The notes: a model not told the origin generated them from the letters alone. DNA of 64,000 nt from an uncultured Gammaproteobacteria bacterium (GCA_963797555.1 CAWCPV010000003.1:384001-448000); one strand, 5' to 3'; shown: positions 19,701-30,550, counted from the stretch's first letter. Made by a program: numbers and translations.

Positions 19701-20220
19701 GGAGGAGCTGGAGGCCGCCGCCGACCAGATCGTCTGGTGTACGGGCACGGAGCCTGCCATCCGCCCCCACAGGCCCCAGGACCTCGGCGTGGTCGCCACC
19801 GACATCGTAGACGTCGTGCGCCGCTACGGAGACGGCGAGCTAGGGCCTCCTTCGGCCAATGCCATCCCGCTCCATCGGATAGACCGCATCCTGGTCATGG
19901 GTTCCACCGGCCTGCTCCGGGGCTTCCAGTCCGCCCTGGCAGGCAAGCTGCGCGCCCACTTTCCCCTCGACGTCCAGGCCATCGGCACGGTCGGCAGCCC
20001 CATGCAGTGTATGTTGAAAGGCGTGTGCGCCCAGTGCCTGCAGTGGCAAGTGGACCCGGAGACCGGCAGCCGGACGCGCGCGGTGTTCTCCTGCGCCCAG
20101 CAAGACCAGCCGCTGGCCTGGATCGATCTCGATAACCTAAAGGCGCGGCAGAACCAGAACCGCCTGCTGGACCGGCTGACCAGCCTGTGGCTGAGCCATG
20201 TGCTCGCGGGACCCGGCTGA
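16738..20220 (+). CDS. Large Fe-S flavoprotein oxidoreductase (GltD/NfnB-like module fused to FNR/PyrK-like module)
   Basis: CIYCH..CSKG..GCP..RICNDCMKAC, GMGPAG, IGGGLTAVD; C-terminal MGPTG and SPMQCMLKGVCAQC...C. Confidence 0.8.
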   Translation: MSDELKLPGLRFSDLFDPGGLARLDRQFQDELAARDREAQHRLRAYRETGHSWSGLDTSEFLLGLAAHVEAFIARLFGIEAELEAAKAATLSHDPVMVFKKEFVQRRARRYRGDIPDPFSVLDAWLSRQLTGAVGDVPEDRELAAAQFAAELLRDEIKNAEALERLTQWCVLALTDPAGRTAVQGWPSFQLPQKVDHARLVPLEAVEDDALQRLQANPARFRRRDGFQLTDRRMSARAVQGQVHYCIYCHDHDGDFCSKGFPEKKGQPELGLKVDPLGVSLTGCPLEEKVSEMHLLKRQGHTVAALAMAMADNPMVPATGHRICNDCMKACIYQKQDPVNIPQIETRVLTDVLDLPWGVEVYDLLTRWNPLRRRQYVMKPYNGRKVLVAGMGPAGFTMAHHLSMEGCAVVGIDGLKIEPLPAQLVTRPVRRWRDLEESLDERILSGFGGVAEYGITVRWDKNFLKLIYLSLLRRPTFQAFGGVRLGGTVTLEDAWRNGFDHVCVATGAGLPRVIPMGHSLARGMRQASDFLMALQLTGAAKESSLATLQVRLPAVVIGGGLTAVDTATEVQAYYVKQVEKVLARTEAVGVGRVQAGLGDEDRAILDELLAHGRAVRAERERAAEAGEAPDFLPLIRAWGGVTLAYRKGMNASPAYLRNHEEIIKAAEEGIYYAEGLDPLRAELDEHRHIRAVVFRRMECQQGRWLATRQEVTLPARSVFVAAGAVPNTIYEQEHAGTFELEGDHFLPHIEHPDGLQPVQVAQHCKAAEFGPFTSYRKEGHCVTFIGDTHPVFHGSVVKAIASASRSYPQVLAALGQLPPGDPSPDAYRAFRATMADLLSPRVAELHLDNPAVAELWVRAPLAARNFRPGQFYRLQTFESASPMVKGTRLQIPVMTVSGAGVKNDSVRLMILQWGVAPRLAARLKPGEPLILMGPTGSPTEIPQGSSILVVAGRWGAAVMLDIGPALRAAGNRVLYVAALAAAEELDRREELEAAADQIVWCTGTEPAIRPHRPQDLGVVATDIVDVVRRYGDGELGPPSANAIPLHRIDRILVMGSTGLLRGFQSALAGKLRAHFPLDVQAIGTVGSPMQCMLKGVCAQCLQWQVDPETGSRTRAVFSCAQQDQPLAWIDLDNLKARQNQNRLLDRLTSLWLSHVLAGPG

Positions 20221-20609
20221 CTTCATGCGCGAAGGACACTCTCGACGGTAGCCCGGCCGAGCTTGGCGCTCGGTCTCGCTGGGCCGGCCTCCCCGAGAGC
20301 GGATCGCCAGGCGGCATGCGTCAATCGCCGCGCCTGGAACATGAGTCGCTTCATCGGTGCATCGCCCCTTCCCGGGGCAGCGGAGGCATCGCGGACGTTG
20401 CCGCCGGCCAGCGGAGATGAAGCCATGCGGCGGAACGCCCGCAAGGGGCTTCCGCCTACGCGGGCTGCCAAAACAAATCACGATGGGCCTCGCAACGCGC
20501 CTCAACGTCTGCGCCCACAGCCCCATCGAGCTCATGCGGTGCGAGAAGCCTATGGCTGCCGCCCAACGGCCCACACGATATCACGTCCTCCGCAAAGGCT
20601 ACACGGCGA

Positions 20610-20621
20610 GACCTGACCCCG
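20610..20621 (-). repeat. GGGGTCAG-type REP-like motif, left border of the mosaic island
   Basis: GACCTGACCCCG is the exact reverse complement of CGGGGTCAGGTC at 32353-32364. Confidence 0.55.
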
Positions 20622-20744
20622 TAGGTTCCGCTCCGTGCCGTCACCTGGCGACGCGACTTCATGAGCCTGCCAAGCCAGTAACGCCGTGTTGGCGCGCGCC
20701 GGTCGCCGCCTCTACAATACGGTAAACAAGCGAGCCCCCAATCG

Positions 20745-22068
20745 ATGATGCCCGACACCAGCGACCTTCCTGCCATCGCACGCCTCTACCAGATCTGCGA
20801 GCCTTTGGAATCCCTGCACCCGACCGACCCGCGGTGGGTGAATTTCGACAACGTCCGCGGTGACGAGAACGTGGTCCAGCTCTATGCCCGCAGTTTGCGG
20901 CGGGCAACGCCTGAACGACCTGACTTCAAGCTGTTCACCGGTCACCGCGGCGTAGGGAAGACCAGCGAACTCTTCCGCCTCAAAGCGTTGCTGGAGCAGC
21001 CCGGCGACGGCAAGCTAGGCTTTCTCGTGGTGTTCTGCGATGTCAGCGACCGGCTCGATGTCAACGACCTGGATTTCCCCGACCTGCTGGTCTTCGTCGC
21101 GGCCACAACTGCAGACGCAACTCGACGCGCTTCGACTGCCGGGTTTCAGCCCCGTCACCACCCATCTCAAACGCGTTTGGGAAGACATCCGCGAAATGCT
21201 GGGTAGTCAGGTGGAGCTGAAGGGAGTCGAGGTGGACGTCGGTTTCGGCAACCTGACGTTGGAACTCCGCAACCGTCCCAACTCTCGCGGACTGCTGCGG
21301 AATGCTGTGGAAAAGCACAGCACGTCGCTGCTCAATGCGGTGAATGATCTGCTGTCTTCGGCGGAAACCTCCGCCCGCACCGCCGGCCATGCCGGCTTGG
21401 TGCTGATCATCGACGGCCTGGACAAGCTGGTTCGGCGCAACCTCGGCAACGGCAACAACACCCACGACCGTCTGTTTATCGATCGCAGCGAGCAGCTCGC
21501 CTCGTTGCGCGTCCATACCGTCTACACGGTGCCTATCTCGCTGAATCTACTCGCCGCGCTTTGGCCAGCTTGAGCAGTCCGTGGGTGAGCACAACGCCCC
21601 GGTCTCCATGATCCGCCTCAGACCGAGGCGCGAAGCGCCGGTGAGCCCAGATTCGCCCGGCATGGCCAAGATGCGGGAGATGGTCGAGAGGCGTTGCACC
21701 TGTGCCGGCACGTCGCTGCGGGACGCCTTCGACAATACCGAAACATTGGACCATCTCTGCGAGATGAGCGGCGGTCACCCTCGCCACCTGATGATGTTCC
21801 TGCGGCCTGCAACGAGCTGGACGATCTCCCGATCACGCGCAAGGCGGCCGATAAGGCCGTTCGCAAGTACGGCAACGCGCTGCTGCGCGAGGTGCCGGAT
21901 CCGGCCTGGGATGCTCTGCCGAAGTTCAACGAGCCCCAGCGGGACATCCCGAAGGACGACCTCCACCAGCAGATGCTGTTCCTGCTGTTCGTGTTCGAGT
22001 ACATGAATGGTGAGATGTGGTATGAGGTCAACCCGGTGCTGCGGACCCTTGAGCGCTTCCGTCGCTGA
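20745..22068 (+). CDS. P-loop (STAND/AAA-like) ATPase; about 3 frameshifts
   Basis: Walker A TGHRGVGKTSEL, Walker B LIIDGLDK, VYTVPISL, SGGHPR and WYEVNPV across ORFs 20745, 21040, 21581 and 21694. Confidence 0.75.
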
Positions 22069-23092
22069 GTCCGCTGTCGAGCAGGCTGGCGAAGCGTTCC
22101 GCGCGTTGCGCCGCGGCATCGTGCGCAGCCGCGGCTTCTCGCTACATATCTGCGCCTGCGACGCGCCGGCCAGCCGCGACCAGTTCATCGCCAACCTCGC
22201 TGCGTCCATGCCGGCGGTCACCCTTCATCGCGTCGAGCTGGCCGGCACTGACGACGATGCGCTGGATGCGGTGGTCAAGGTCCTAGAAAACGGTTCACCC
22301 GGGCCCGTGATGGTGGTGGGCACCGAGCGCGCACTTGCCGACGATGCCCATGCGCAACGCTTGCTGAGCGGCCTCAATCTTCGCCGCGCGGAATGGCCAG
22401 CGCGCGTCCCGCATCCCGTCATCTTCTGGCTGCCACGCCGGTTCTTGGGCCTCTTGACGATCGGCGCGCCCGATTTCTTCGACTGGCGCAGCGACACCAT
22501 CGAGTTCCCGGAACTCAGTAGCGACGACGTACGTCCCCTCGCCCACCGAGACTGGAAGTTCGGCGTAGATCCGCGCTTCTCGGCGCAGGAACGGGAGGAA
22601 CGCTTGCGAGAGCTGAAAGCTCGCATCGCGGCCTCCCGGGGCTCAGATGACGAAAATGTCGTCAGGAACTGCTTGGAATGGTGGGATGAGGTCGCTGAAC
22701 TAGAGTTGGTGCGGGGCGGTATCGACGAGGCCCTGCGCATCCGCACCGAGGAGCAGCTGCCGGTCTTCGAGCGCCTCGGCGACGTGCGCGAGAAAGCCAT
22801 CACCCAGGGCCAGATCGCCGACATCCTCCAGGCCCGCGGCCAGCTCGACGAGGCCCTGCGCATCCGCACCGAGGAGCAGCTGCCGGTCTTCGAGCGCCTC
22901 GGCGACGTGCGCTCGCTGCTGGTCTGCCGCGCGAATATCGCGCTGACGCTGCTGGCACTTCGAAAGGCCGACCAGCGCGCGCATGCGAACAAGCTGCTCT
23001 GCCTGGCCTTAGCCGATGCGCGCCGCCTGCGCCTCACAGAGGAGGATGAAATCAATCAGATCCTGCGCCAGAACGGGATGGAATGCGCGTGA
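22049..23092 (+). CDS. ATPase partner: degenerate P-loop-like domain plus TPR repeats
   Basis: LNLRRAEW..VIFWLP..APDFFDWRS; 41-aa repeat DEALRIRTEEQLPVFERLGDVR (68 bp identical at 22722 and 22845). Overlaps the ATPase stop. Confidence 0.7.
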   Translation: MSASVAESAVEQAGEAFRALRRGIVRSRGFSLHICACDAPASRDQFIANLAASMPAVTLHRVELAGTDDDALDAVVKVLENGSPGPVMVVGTERALADDAHAQRLLSGLNLRRAEWPARVPHPVIFWLPRRFLGLLTIGAPDFFDWRSDTIEFPELSSDDVRPLAHRDWKFGVDPRFSAQEREERLRELKARIAASRGSDDENVVRNCLEWWDEVAELELVRGGIDEALRIRTEEQLPVFERLGDVREKAITQGQIADILQARGQLDEALRIRTEEQLPVFERLGDVRSLLVCRANIALTLLALRKADQRAHANKLLCLALADARRLRLTEEDEINQILRQNGMECA

Positions 23093-23107
23093 AATGGGGT
23101 CAAATAC

Positions 23108-23392
23108 GAATGGCACTTACTTAAGCGTAACTGACTGAATTTTCGATCAGAAAGGCTGGCGGAGGTGATAAGGCTGTCAGTCGCCAAACCCAACCCATCA
23201 CCCAGGGAGCCAGCCCACATGCATCCTAGCCACTGCGCCTGCGCTCAGCAACACCGACGGATCCGTCATCAGGCCGCCAACACGGATTCCTACGCGTTTT
23301 TCAACCTGCTCACCGGCCCACGGTTGTTCGAACAAGTCGAGTTGCTGCTGCCTGAGCACCGTGAGCGGCTGTTTCCACCCACCGAGACTTTC
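23108..23392 (+). mobile_element. IS4-family element remnant (left end plus transposase N-terminus)
   Basis: End-like GAATGGCACTTACTTAAG directly after AATGGGGTCAAATAC; MHPSH...FFNLLTGP..LLPEHRERLFPPTET is a typical IS4 transposase N-terminus, then truncated. Confidence 0.65.
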
Positions 23393-23413
23393 CGGAAGCT
23401 CTTTGGTCGCCAT

Positions 23414-23606
23414 CTCCGGAGCCAGCTTGCGGCGGGTGCCTTTCTAGTGTCCAATGACTGTGCGCTGACGTGAAGAATCTCGGGGCGGCGGACCACGGCC
23501 GCCACAGGGAGGGACACAATCCATGGCCGAAGTGCCCACCAAGCGCCTGAAGCTCGAGGACACGCGCTACCTGTCGCCGCCGCTCGTCGGCGAACCGCTC
23601 TATCAG
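23414..23606 (+). repeat. Diverged direct duplicate of 23782-23975 (upstream region plus first 28 codons of the hydrolase gene), truncated
   Basis: Both copies encode MAEVPTKRLKLEDTRYLSPPLVGEPLYQ, with scattered substitutions. The first copy stops at CAATG-CAATGGGGTCAGACAC. Confidence 0.9.
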
Positions 23607-23891
23607 CAATGCAATGGGGTCAGACACCGTTACCTCGTATTCCGGCGCCGTGAGACTGGCTTCGTTCGAACGGAGAGCAAAGCCAGAAGCTTCTGCCGTG
23701 CCGTCTCCCTCGGTTGCGTCCTCGGCCGCCCCTGCCAGCCTTTCCAGGTACCGGCGGCAAAGGGAGTAATCACCATTGTGCCTCCGGAAAGCCGCTTGCA
23801 GCGGGTGCCTTTCTAGTGTCCAATGGCCGGGCGCTGACGTGAAGGATCTCGGGGCGGCGGATCACGGCCGCCATAGGGAGGGAGACAATCC

Positions 23892-26448
23892 ATGGCCGAA
23901 GTGCCCACCAAGCGCCTCAAGCTCGAGGACACGCGCTACCTGTCGCCGCCGCTCGTCGGCGAACCGCTCTACCAGTGCGCGCAAGCCGTCGTGGTCTACG
24001 GCTTCGACGTCGGCGCAACCCTAGACCTCGAGCGCAACGGCGCCATCGTGCTGGCCGGCGTTCCGGGCGGATTTCCGCAGCCGCAGGGCGCCCTCCTGAC
24101 GTTGCCGGCGCCGCTCGTGGCCGGCGATGTCATCCGGGCGCGCCAGAAAGCCAACGGCATGACTAGCGGCTGGTCGCCAGCAGTGACCGTCCGCGATCAC
24201 AGCCAGGAGTATCCCGATGGACCGCCGCGGCCGCAGATCGACCCAGCGCCGGTCTACCAGTGCGGCTCGCGCACCGGCGTGGACAACCTGCTGACGGGCT
24301 GCGACGTGTGGGTCACGGCGGACGCGGTCGAGGTCGGCAAGGTCAAGGGTGCCGCGCCGCACCAGGGCGTCAACGTCGACGCCGGACTATGGGCTGGGCC
24401 AGGAGGTCCGCGCCTGGGCGAGCATGTGCGACGACGCCAGCCCGCCATCGATCGCCTACGACACCATCGCCCCGCCCAATCCTCTGCCGACGCCGGGGAT
24501 CGACCCCGCCTACGAGGGCACCCAGCAGATCCGCATCACCAATCTCGTGAACGGCGCACGCTTCGAGCTGTCGCTGAACGGCAGCTCGCTCGGCGTCTGG
24601 CGAACCTGGGGTTATGCCCATCTGGTCGGTCTTTCGTCGCCGCTCAACACCGGCGACACGCTATCGGTCGTGCAGCGGATGTGCCCCGGCAATCCGTCCA
24701 GCAATCCGGGCGGTACCACGGTCCTGCCGTGCTCGGCGCTGCCGGCCCCGCAAGTTGCGCCGATCCAGTGCGGCGACACGGCAGTCACCATCACTCAAAT
24801 GGCGAGCGGCGCCACGATCAAGGTCTACGTCAACCACGTGAAGGCCGGCGAAGGCGGCGGTCCCGGCGTGCTGCTCAATCACGCGATTCAGCACGGCGAC
24901 GTCGTCAGACGTCGTTCAAACGCTCGGCAAGTGCGTCAGCCAGTTCGCACAAGAACTCACCTGCCTGTGCGTCGCGCCTCACGTGACCTTCGACCCGTCG
25001 GCCCTCGACCTCTTTCCGGTGGGCTTCGCCGATTACGACGGCGGGTCGGTCAGCGTCGGCGGGCAGACGCTGGACGTCCGCGGCACCGTTTACTATCCGG
25101 CGGAAGACGACGGCGCGAGCCAGCCATTCAACGAGCGGCGCGGCAAGCGCGGCCCCGTCCCGCTGATCTTCATGGCGCACGGCAATCATTGCCCCGCAAC
25201 GGTCCCGAGCCACCTTGGCTACGACTACTTCCAGCAAGCGCTTGCGAAAATGGGGTTCGTCGCGGTGTCCGTCGATTGCAACGAGTTGAACTGCTCGGCC
25301 TCGGGTCCGGGCAACATCGTCGACCGCGCCGACCTCATCAACGCGTCGATCGCGCACTTCCAGTCACTCAACGCGGGCGACCCGATATTCAAGGGCCACC
25401 TGGATTTCCTGAAGGTCGGGCTCATGGGACACTCGCGCGGCGGCGAGGCCGTGGTGATTGCGCCCATTCGCGCGAGCAAGCCGGCCGGCGTGGCGATTCT
25501 CTGCGTGCTGTCGCTCGCTCCGACCGACTGGGGCGCGACCAGCGGTCCGCCCACGGACTACGAATTCCTCACGCTGTTGCCCGCCGCGGACGGCGACGTG
25601 TGGAGCAACGACGGCGCGAAGTATTACGACCGCTGCCTGCCGCCCTCGTTCAAGTCGCAGCTCTATGTCCACAATGCATGCCACAACTATTTCAACCGGC
25701 AGTGGCTGAACAACGACAACGGAGGAACGTTGCCGACCATGGCGCGCTCCGACCACGAGCGGGTGCTGCTCGCTTACGGTTGCGCGTTCTTCCGCCGCGT
25801 GCTGGCAGGCCACGACACGGCCGGGATTCCTGGTCGGCAGCGAGTTGCCGCCCGCGACGCCGACCTCGCTCGTCCACCTGGCCTTCAAGTGGACGAAGGC
25901 GACGACGGTGGACGATCATCAGCAGAACAACACGATCGCCAAGAATTCACTCAACGAACCGACGGCCCAGACCGGCCTCACGGCCGACGAGTTCGGGATG
26001 AGCCAGACCGCGGCCAACCAGTTCAACGGCTCCTTCTTCGGCGACTCGATCGGCATGGTCGCGGTGCCCAAGAAGGCCAACGGCACATTTCGCTCGCAAC
26101 TCAAGCCCAAGACGAATCTCGCCGCCAAGGAGATCTGGATTCGTGTTGCGGATGTGTTCACGGGAGCTTTTCCGTCGGCTGCCACAGGATTCGAACTTGG
26201 GCTGGAATTGGCCAATGGATCGGTCAAGTGGGTGGACTCGGAGGACATTGGCGGTGTGCCGTTGCCGTTTGACTACGGCAGTACGACCAAGAGCATGTTG
26301 TCGACGCTGCGCTTTCCGGTCCGATGTTTCCATCTCGTCGAAAAGCGATAGCGCAATCCGCGCCATTCTGTTGCGCCTCAATCGTACGAAGGCGAGAGCG
26401 CTGGCGTTCGACGACCTGCAAATCGTCTGGGCGCGGAGATCGACATGA
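23892..26448 (+). CDS. Large protein: Cys/Pro-rich Ig-like repeats plus alpha/beta hydrolase; several frameshifts
   Basis: Repeated P.Y.C...V.V..GA modules; GTVYYP, FMAHGNH, SHLGYDY, nucleophile GHSRGGE, DGDV and HNYFN across ORFs 23892, 24349, 24983, 25845 and 26143. Confidence 0.7.
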
Positions 26449-26847
26449 CAATGCAAGACGACGGAACCGGGCGCGAAAGGCCCCGCGAACGATAAGCCGA
26501 TGACGTGCCTGCGGTCAAGTCGGCGGTCGCACGCCGTGTCCGTTACGAGAAACCGCGTCGTTTCTTCGAGCACGGAAAGGAATACACGAGAGTCCGACGT
26601 GATCGAAATCGACGTGGAAACCGACGCCGAGTTCCCGTTAGCCGGGACCGGACCCGCGCTGTTCGTTGGCAAGGTTCCCATCATCGACAGCGTGCGTGTC
26701 GCCGAGCGCCAGTATCGCTTCTTCGCGCCTGCGTCTTTGTCGCTGCGAAAAGGCGCGCCCATTGCGCTCGGACGGGCGGGCTCGGGCGTTCCCGTTCCGG
26801 AAAAGAAGACCAAGCTGAAGCTCGAGTGGAGCGGTGAGGTGATATGA
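26445..26847 (+). CDS. Small hypothetical protein coupled to the hydrolase gene; frameshifted
   Basis: ATGA overlap at 26445-26448; ORFs 26505 and 26500 join into VKSAVARRVRYEKP...DVIEIDVETDAEFPLAGTGPALFVG. Confidence 0.45.
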
Positions 26848-27939
26848 ACGGCGCGGCGCATGCCTGGTGCCTGCCGTCCCGTCGCCCTCGGTCCACATAA
26901 AGGGCTCTGACCCGACGGTTGAGGGTTCAGGGGCCCGGACAACCCGCCCAGTCGCCCAGCCGGCGCGCCGGGCTTGACAACCCGGCTCGCGCTCGTCCAG
27001 ACTTCGCCGGTGTGCAAGGCGCTCTGTCCGGGGGCCTGCACGGGGCAAGTCAGTCCATCTGGGGCGGCGGATAGATCACCCGGATGCATCCTCAGCCTGC
27101 CGAAGGGCGCGTCCTGAGCGGGGCCACGTTCCCCCGCCTCAAACACACTTCTGCCGAAGGAGCTACGAAATATGGAAGCCTCAACAACCATTAGAAAAAT
27201 GATGGCCGGCAACAGAATTGTGGTGCCCGCTTATCAGCGCGCGTACTCGTCGGATACCCCCACAAAGAACTCCGACATAACCACCCAAACGGATGTATTC
27301 TTACTAGATTTAGAGGAATACGGCAGAAGCAACACACAAAGCCCGCATTACTTTGGCCACTTTATTTTTGAAGAACACAACGACGCGTTTAGTGTAATTG
27401 ACGGCCAACAACGGCTAACGACCCTTGTTATCTTTTTATCTGCTCTTTTTGCCAAGCTAAAAGCCAGGGCTTTGACGGAAGAAGAAGAAGAGTGCTATGA
27501 AGACATGGTGAAGCGACGGAACAAAATACGCTTTTTGACTGTTGACTACGATGAGCAGCTATTCCTCGACTACGTAATAAATCAGACCAAGTCCGACCAT
27601 AACGGCCTTGATACGGAATCTTCGCGGAGAATCGTCAGAGCATTTGACTTTTTCAAAGAGCAACTCACCGAAAAGTCCGAAGACTATTTGATTAAAATGC
27701 TTTCTATTATTAGCGAGGCAACTTGCACAACGCACCCGGTCACGAATGAATCCGAAGCAATACAGATGTTCATATTTCAAAACAACCGAGGGAAGCGGCC
27801 GTCAAACCTCGAAATTATCAAAGCGCAATTCATGTACCATGTCCACTTGTATGGGAACGACGACAAAGACGGATTAGTGAAGGAAATTAAAAACCGTTTT
27901 GAAAAAATCTACAAATCAATCTCATCGGTCGAATATAGA

Positions 27940-29604
27940 CCTGGATCCATGACTTGAATCTCCGAGCGCCCGGGGCGCGAGAGAATGGGAGCTATTCTCA
28001 GTTGAGTTGGTTAGTTTTTAGCCAACCGGTGACGCCGGCTATGTACAGCGGGCGTAGACCCTCGTCGGCGCAGGAGTGACGGCGGGGCTTTGAGGCTTGG
28101 ACGCTGAATTTCGGGCGTAGGTTTACACCGGGGTCTGGTGAGGCCCGGGTCGAGTTTCTATGGAGGTCGTCCTAGCTACCCGAAGGCGAGTTGGTAATAC
28201 AGCTGCTCGAAGGCGCGGAAGCCGGGACAGAGCCGGCTGAAGCGCAGCTTCAGTCTGCGGGCGGTGGCGACCAACCGGGCGGCGAGGTACATCAGTTCCT
28301 GGAGGACGGTCTTGATCCGCCGGCGCTTGGCCGGATGGCGCAGGGGAGCCGACTCGCCGGTCAGCCCGATGAGCCCGATGAAGCGCAGGATGTTGTAGGC
28401 GAACACGGCAAAGGCGAGCACCAGGTCATTGGTGTCGAATTTCCCGGAGGGCAGCCGTTCGATATCGAGGTCGGTCTTGAACTCGCTGTGGAACTGCTCG
28501 GAGGTGCCGTGGTCACGGTACAGGGCGACAATCTCCGCGTCCGGATAGGCGAGCAAGGTCCACCAGCCCTCGAGCTCCAGCTCCGGTACCAACAGCGCCT
28601 GGCCCTTCTTGTCGATGGTGCGCTCGGTCACCCGCATCACCCGGCGAACGTGGTAGGTGTGCTCCCGATGGGGGTGCTCCTCGACGACGCTGAACAGCGC
28701 CACGCGCTTGCCGGGTCGGGGTGTCTCCCATGCCCCTTGGCGCTCGGCGCGCTCCAGCCAATGGGCAGGGTCCTCGCCCCGAGGGTTCCACTGGATAATG
28801 AAGTCCACCTCCTCTTCGAGGTAGCGCAGCCGGTTCTCCAAGGCGTTGTGGGCGCTGTCCTGGCGCACCAGCAGCGGCAGTTTGGTCAGGCGCCTGGCCC
28901 GCGGCAGGATGCGCTCCCAGACCTAGCCGAATTCCTTCTGACTGTGCTGCTTGCCTTCTCGCAGCTCACAGCCGACGCACCACCCTTCGGTTCCCACATA
29001 GGTCGCGATCGGCGCATAACCGTCATAGCCGTGGTAGGTGCGCGAGACTCCTTCTTGCTTGGTCCCGGAGTTGTCCATGGGAAAGACATCGATGTCCACC
29101 GGCACATGACCGGTCTTGAGCGCACTGACCGGTGCCTTGGCGTTGACCATGAACTCGATATCGGCCTCGTCAATGACCTCCCGCAGGACCGCTGCGTGCT
29201 CGTCAAGACGCTGCCTCAGCGTTTCTGGCGAGGGTACCCGCTCCAGCCCCAACGCCTGGCGGAAGAAATCGTCCTCTCGGACGTTGGAGACCGCTTCGAA
29301 GTCACTCTTGCCCAAACACATCAACCCCAGATAGCTCTTGGCTACGTCTTCATGGGAGATGCCGTGGCGTAGCGGGATCGCCTGCTTCAGCGCCTTGCCC
29401 AGGCCGCTGAAGCGGTTGACGCAAAGACCGACCAAGGCCAGACCAGAATGGGAGGTGTAAAATTCCTCATCGGACTGCTCCAAGATGAACCGCTTCATCG
29501 TTCACCTGCCGGGTGAGCTGGAGTGCGGCCCGATTTTAGCTGAACTGCAATGATAAATCAGCAGGTTGCGGCCATCCGCTGAGACGCGAAGTCACGGAAT
29601 CAGG
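27940..29604 (-). mobile_element. IS1380-family insertion sequence
   Basis: IRs CCTGGATCCATGACTT / AAGTCACGGAATCAGG (13/16 match) and 5-bp target duplication ATAGA (27935-27939, 29605-29609). Confidence 0.92.
28176..29498 (-). pseudogene. IS1380 DDE transposase with in-frame TAG at 28923-28925
   Basis: TSHSGLALVG, PSPETLRQRLD, VDIDVFPMDNS, RQDS, YRDHGTSEQFHSEFKTDLDIERLPSGKF; both ORFs are in the same frame. Confidence 0.85.
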
Positions 29605-30550
29605 ATAGAATCAATGAAGACGATGTTTTGTTGTACACACTACACGTGAATTTCAATTCGCTGTGGGAAACGAATTCTTTAGATAGATGCAACAAGATTT
29701 TGGCTGACGGCAATCAAATCCCATTTATAAGAGCGTTTACAGACTCACTCTCGAAAAGTTTTGAGTGCCTTTCGGTGTTTTTCGGCAGTCATGAGCGGAA
29801 CAACTTTGAGATTCATTCATTGGTAACACTTGGCGGCATAGGCGTTGCGTTGCCGTTTATAATTAAAGCGTGTAGATATGGTTTGTCGCGTGATGAGATT
29901 GGTGGGCTGTGTTCATCGTTAGAAGCACTGGTGCTTCGGCATAGGATAATCGGTACGCGAGCAGACATTACCTCAAGAGTCAACGATGTGTTCGAGAAGT
30001 TTACGGAAAACGACAAGGACACGTCCCCGATAGTTTCGCGAATCGATTGGATGAAGACGACGACGGACTGGTGGTGTGCCCACTGGAACAATGAAAAATT
30101 TAGGGAGGCCCTTCAAGGGGGGCTCAATCATTCAGTTGCAAAATTCCTGCTCTGGAAATATGAAAATCACCTGATAGGAATTGGCAAGGGCGGCTCTATT
30201 TCGCGCTACGACCAAATTGAGCGACCGGAGCTCGAACACATTGCTCCGATTACGGAGCCTGAAAGTAGGCCGCACGGGTATGACACATATGACGAAGAGT
30301 TTTGTAATCAATTTATAGACTGCCTAGGCAATTACTTGCTTTTAACAAGAAGGCACAACCGTTCCATCCAGAACGATCCATTTCTGGTAAAACACGAGGA
30401 CTATACGTGGCTTGCACAGCAAAGGGAGGTGCGAAAGTTAGTTCCACACCCCGACACGGGCATCTGGAGCAGGCAGATAATACAAGAGAGGAAGGAAAGG
30501 ATCATTGCAGTAATCATGGCGATTTGCTGAAGGCCGATAGGAAGTCGTGC

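Larger units (their letters stand above)
27172..30530 (+). pseudogene. gmrSD: GmrSD-family (DUF262 + DUF1524 HNH) type IV restriction nuclease interrupted by IS1380
   Basis: VPAYQRAY, VIDGQQRLTTL, FQNNRGK; C-terminal half LEHIAP...LGNYLLL..N. Removing 27940-29609 gives in-frame EYR-INEDDVLLY. Visibly AT-rich relative to the flanks. Confidence 0.85.

Noticed and set aside
28923-28925. Stop-codon recoding (amber read-through) in the IS1380 transposase
   Set aside because: It is a single instance, and TAG is used as a normal stop elsewhere in the window. A nonsense mutation or base error is more likely.
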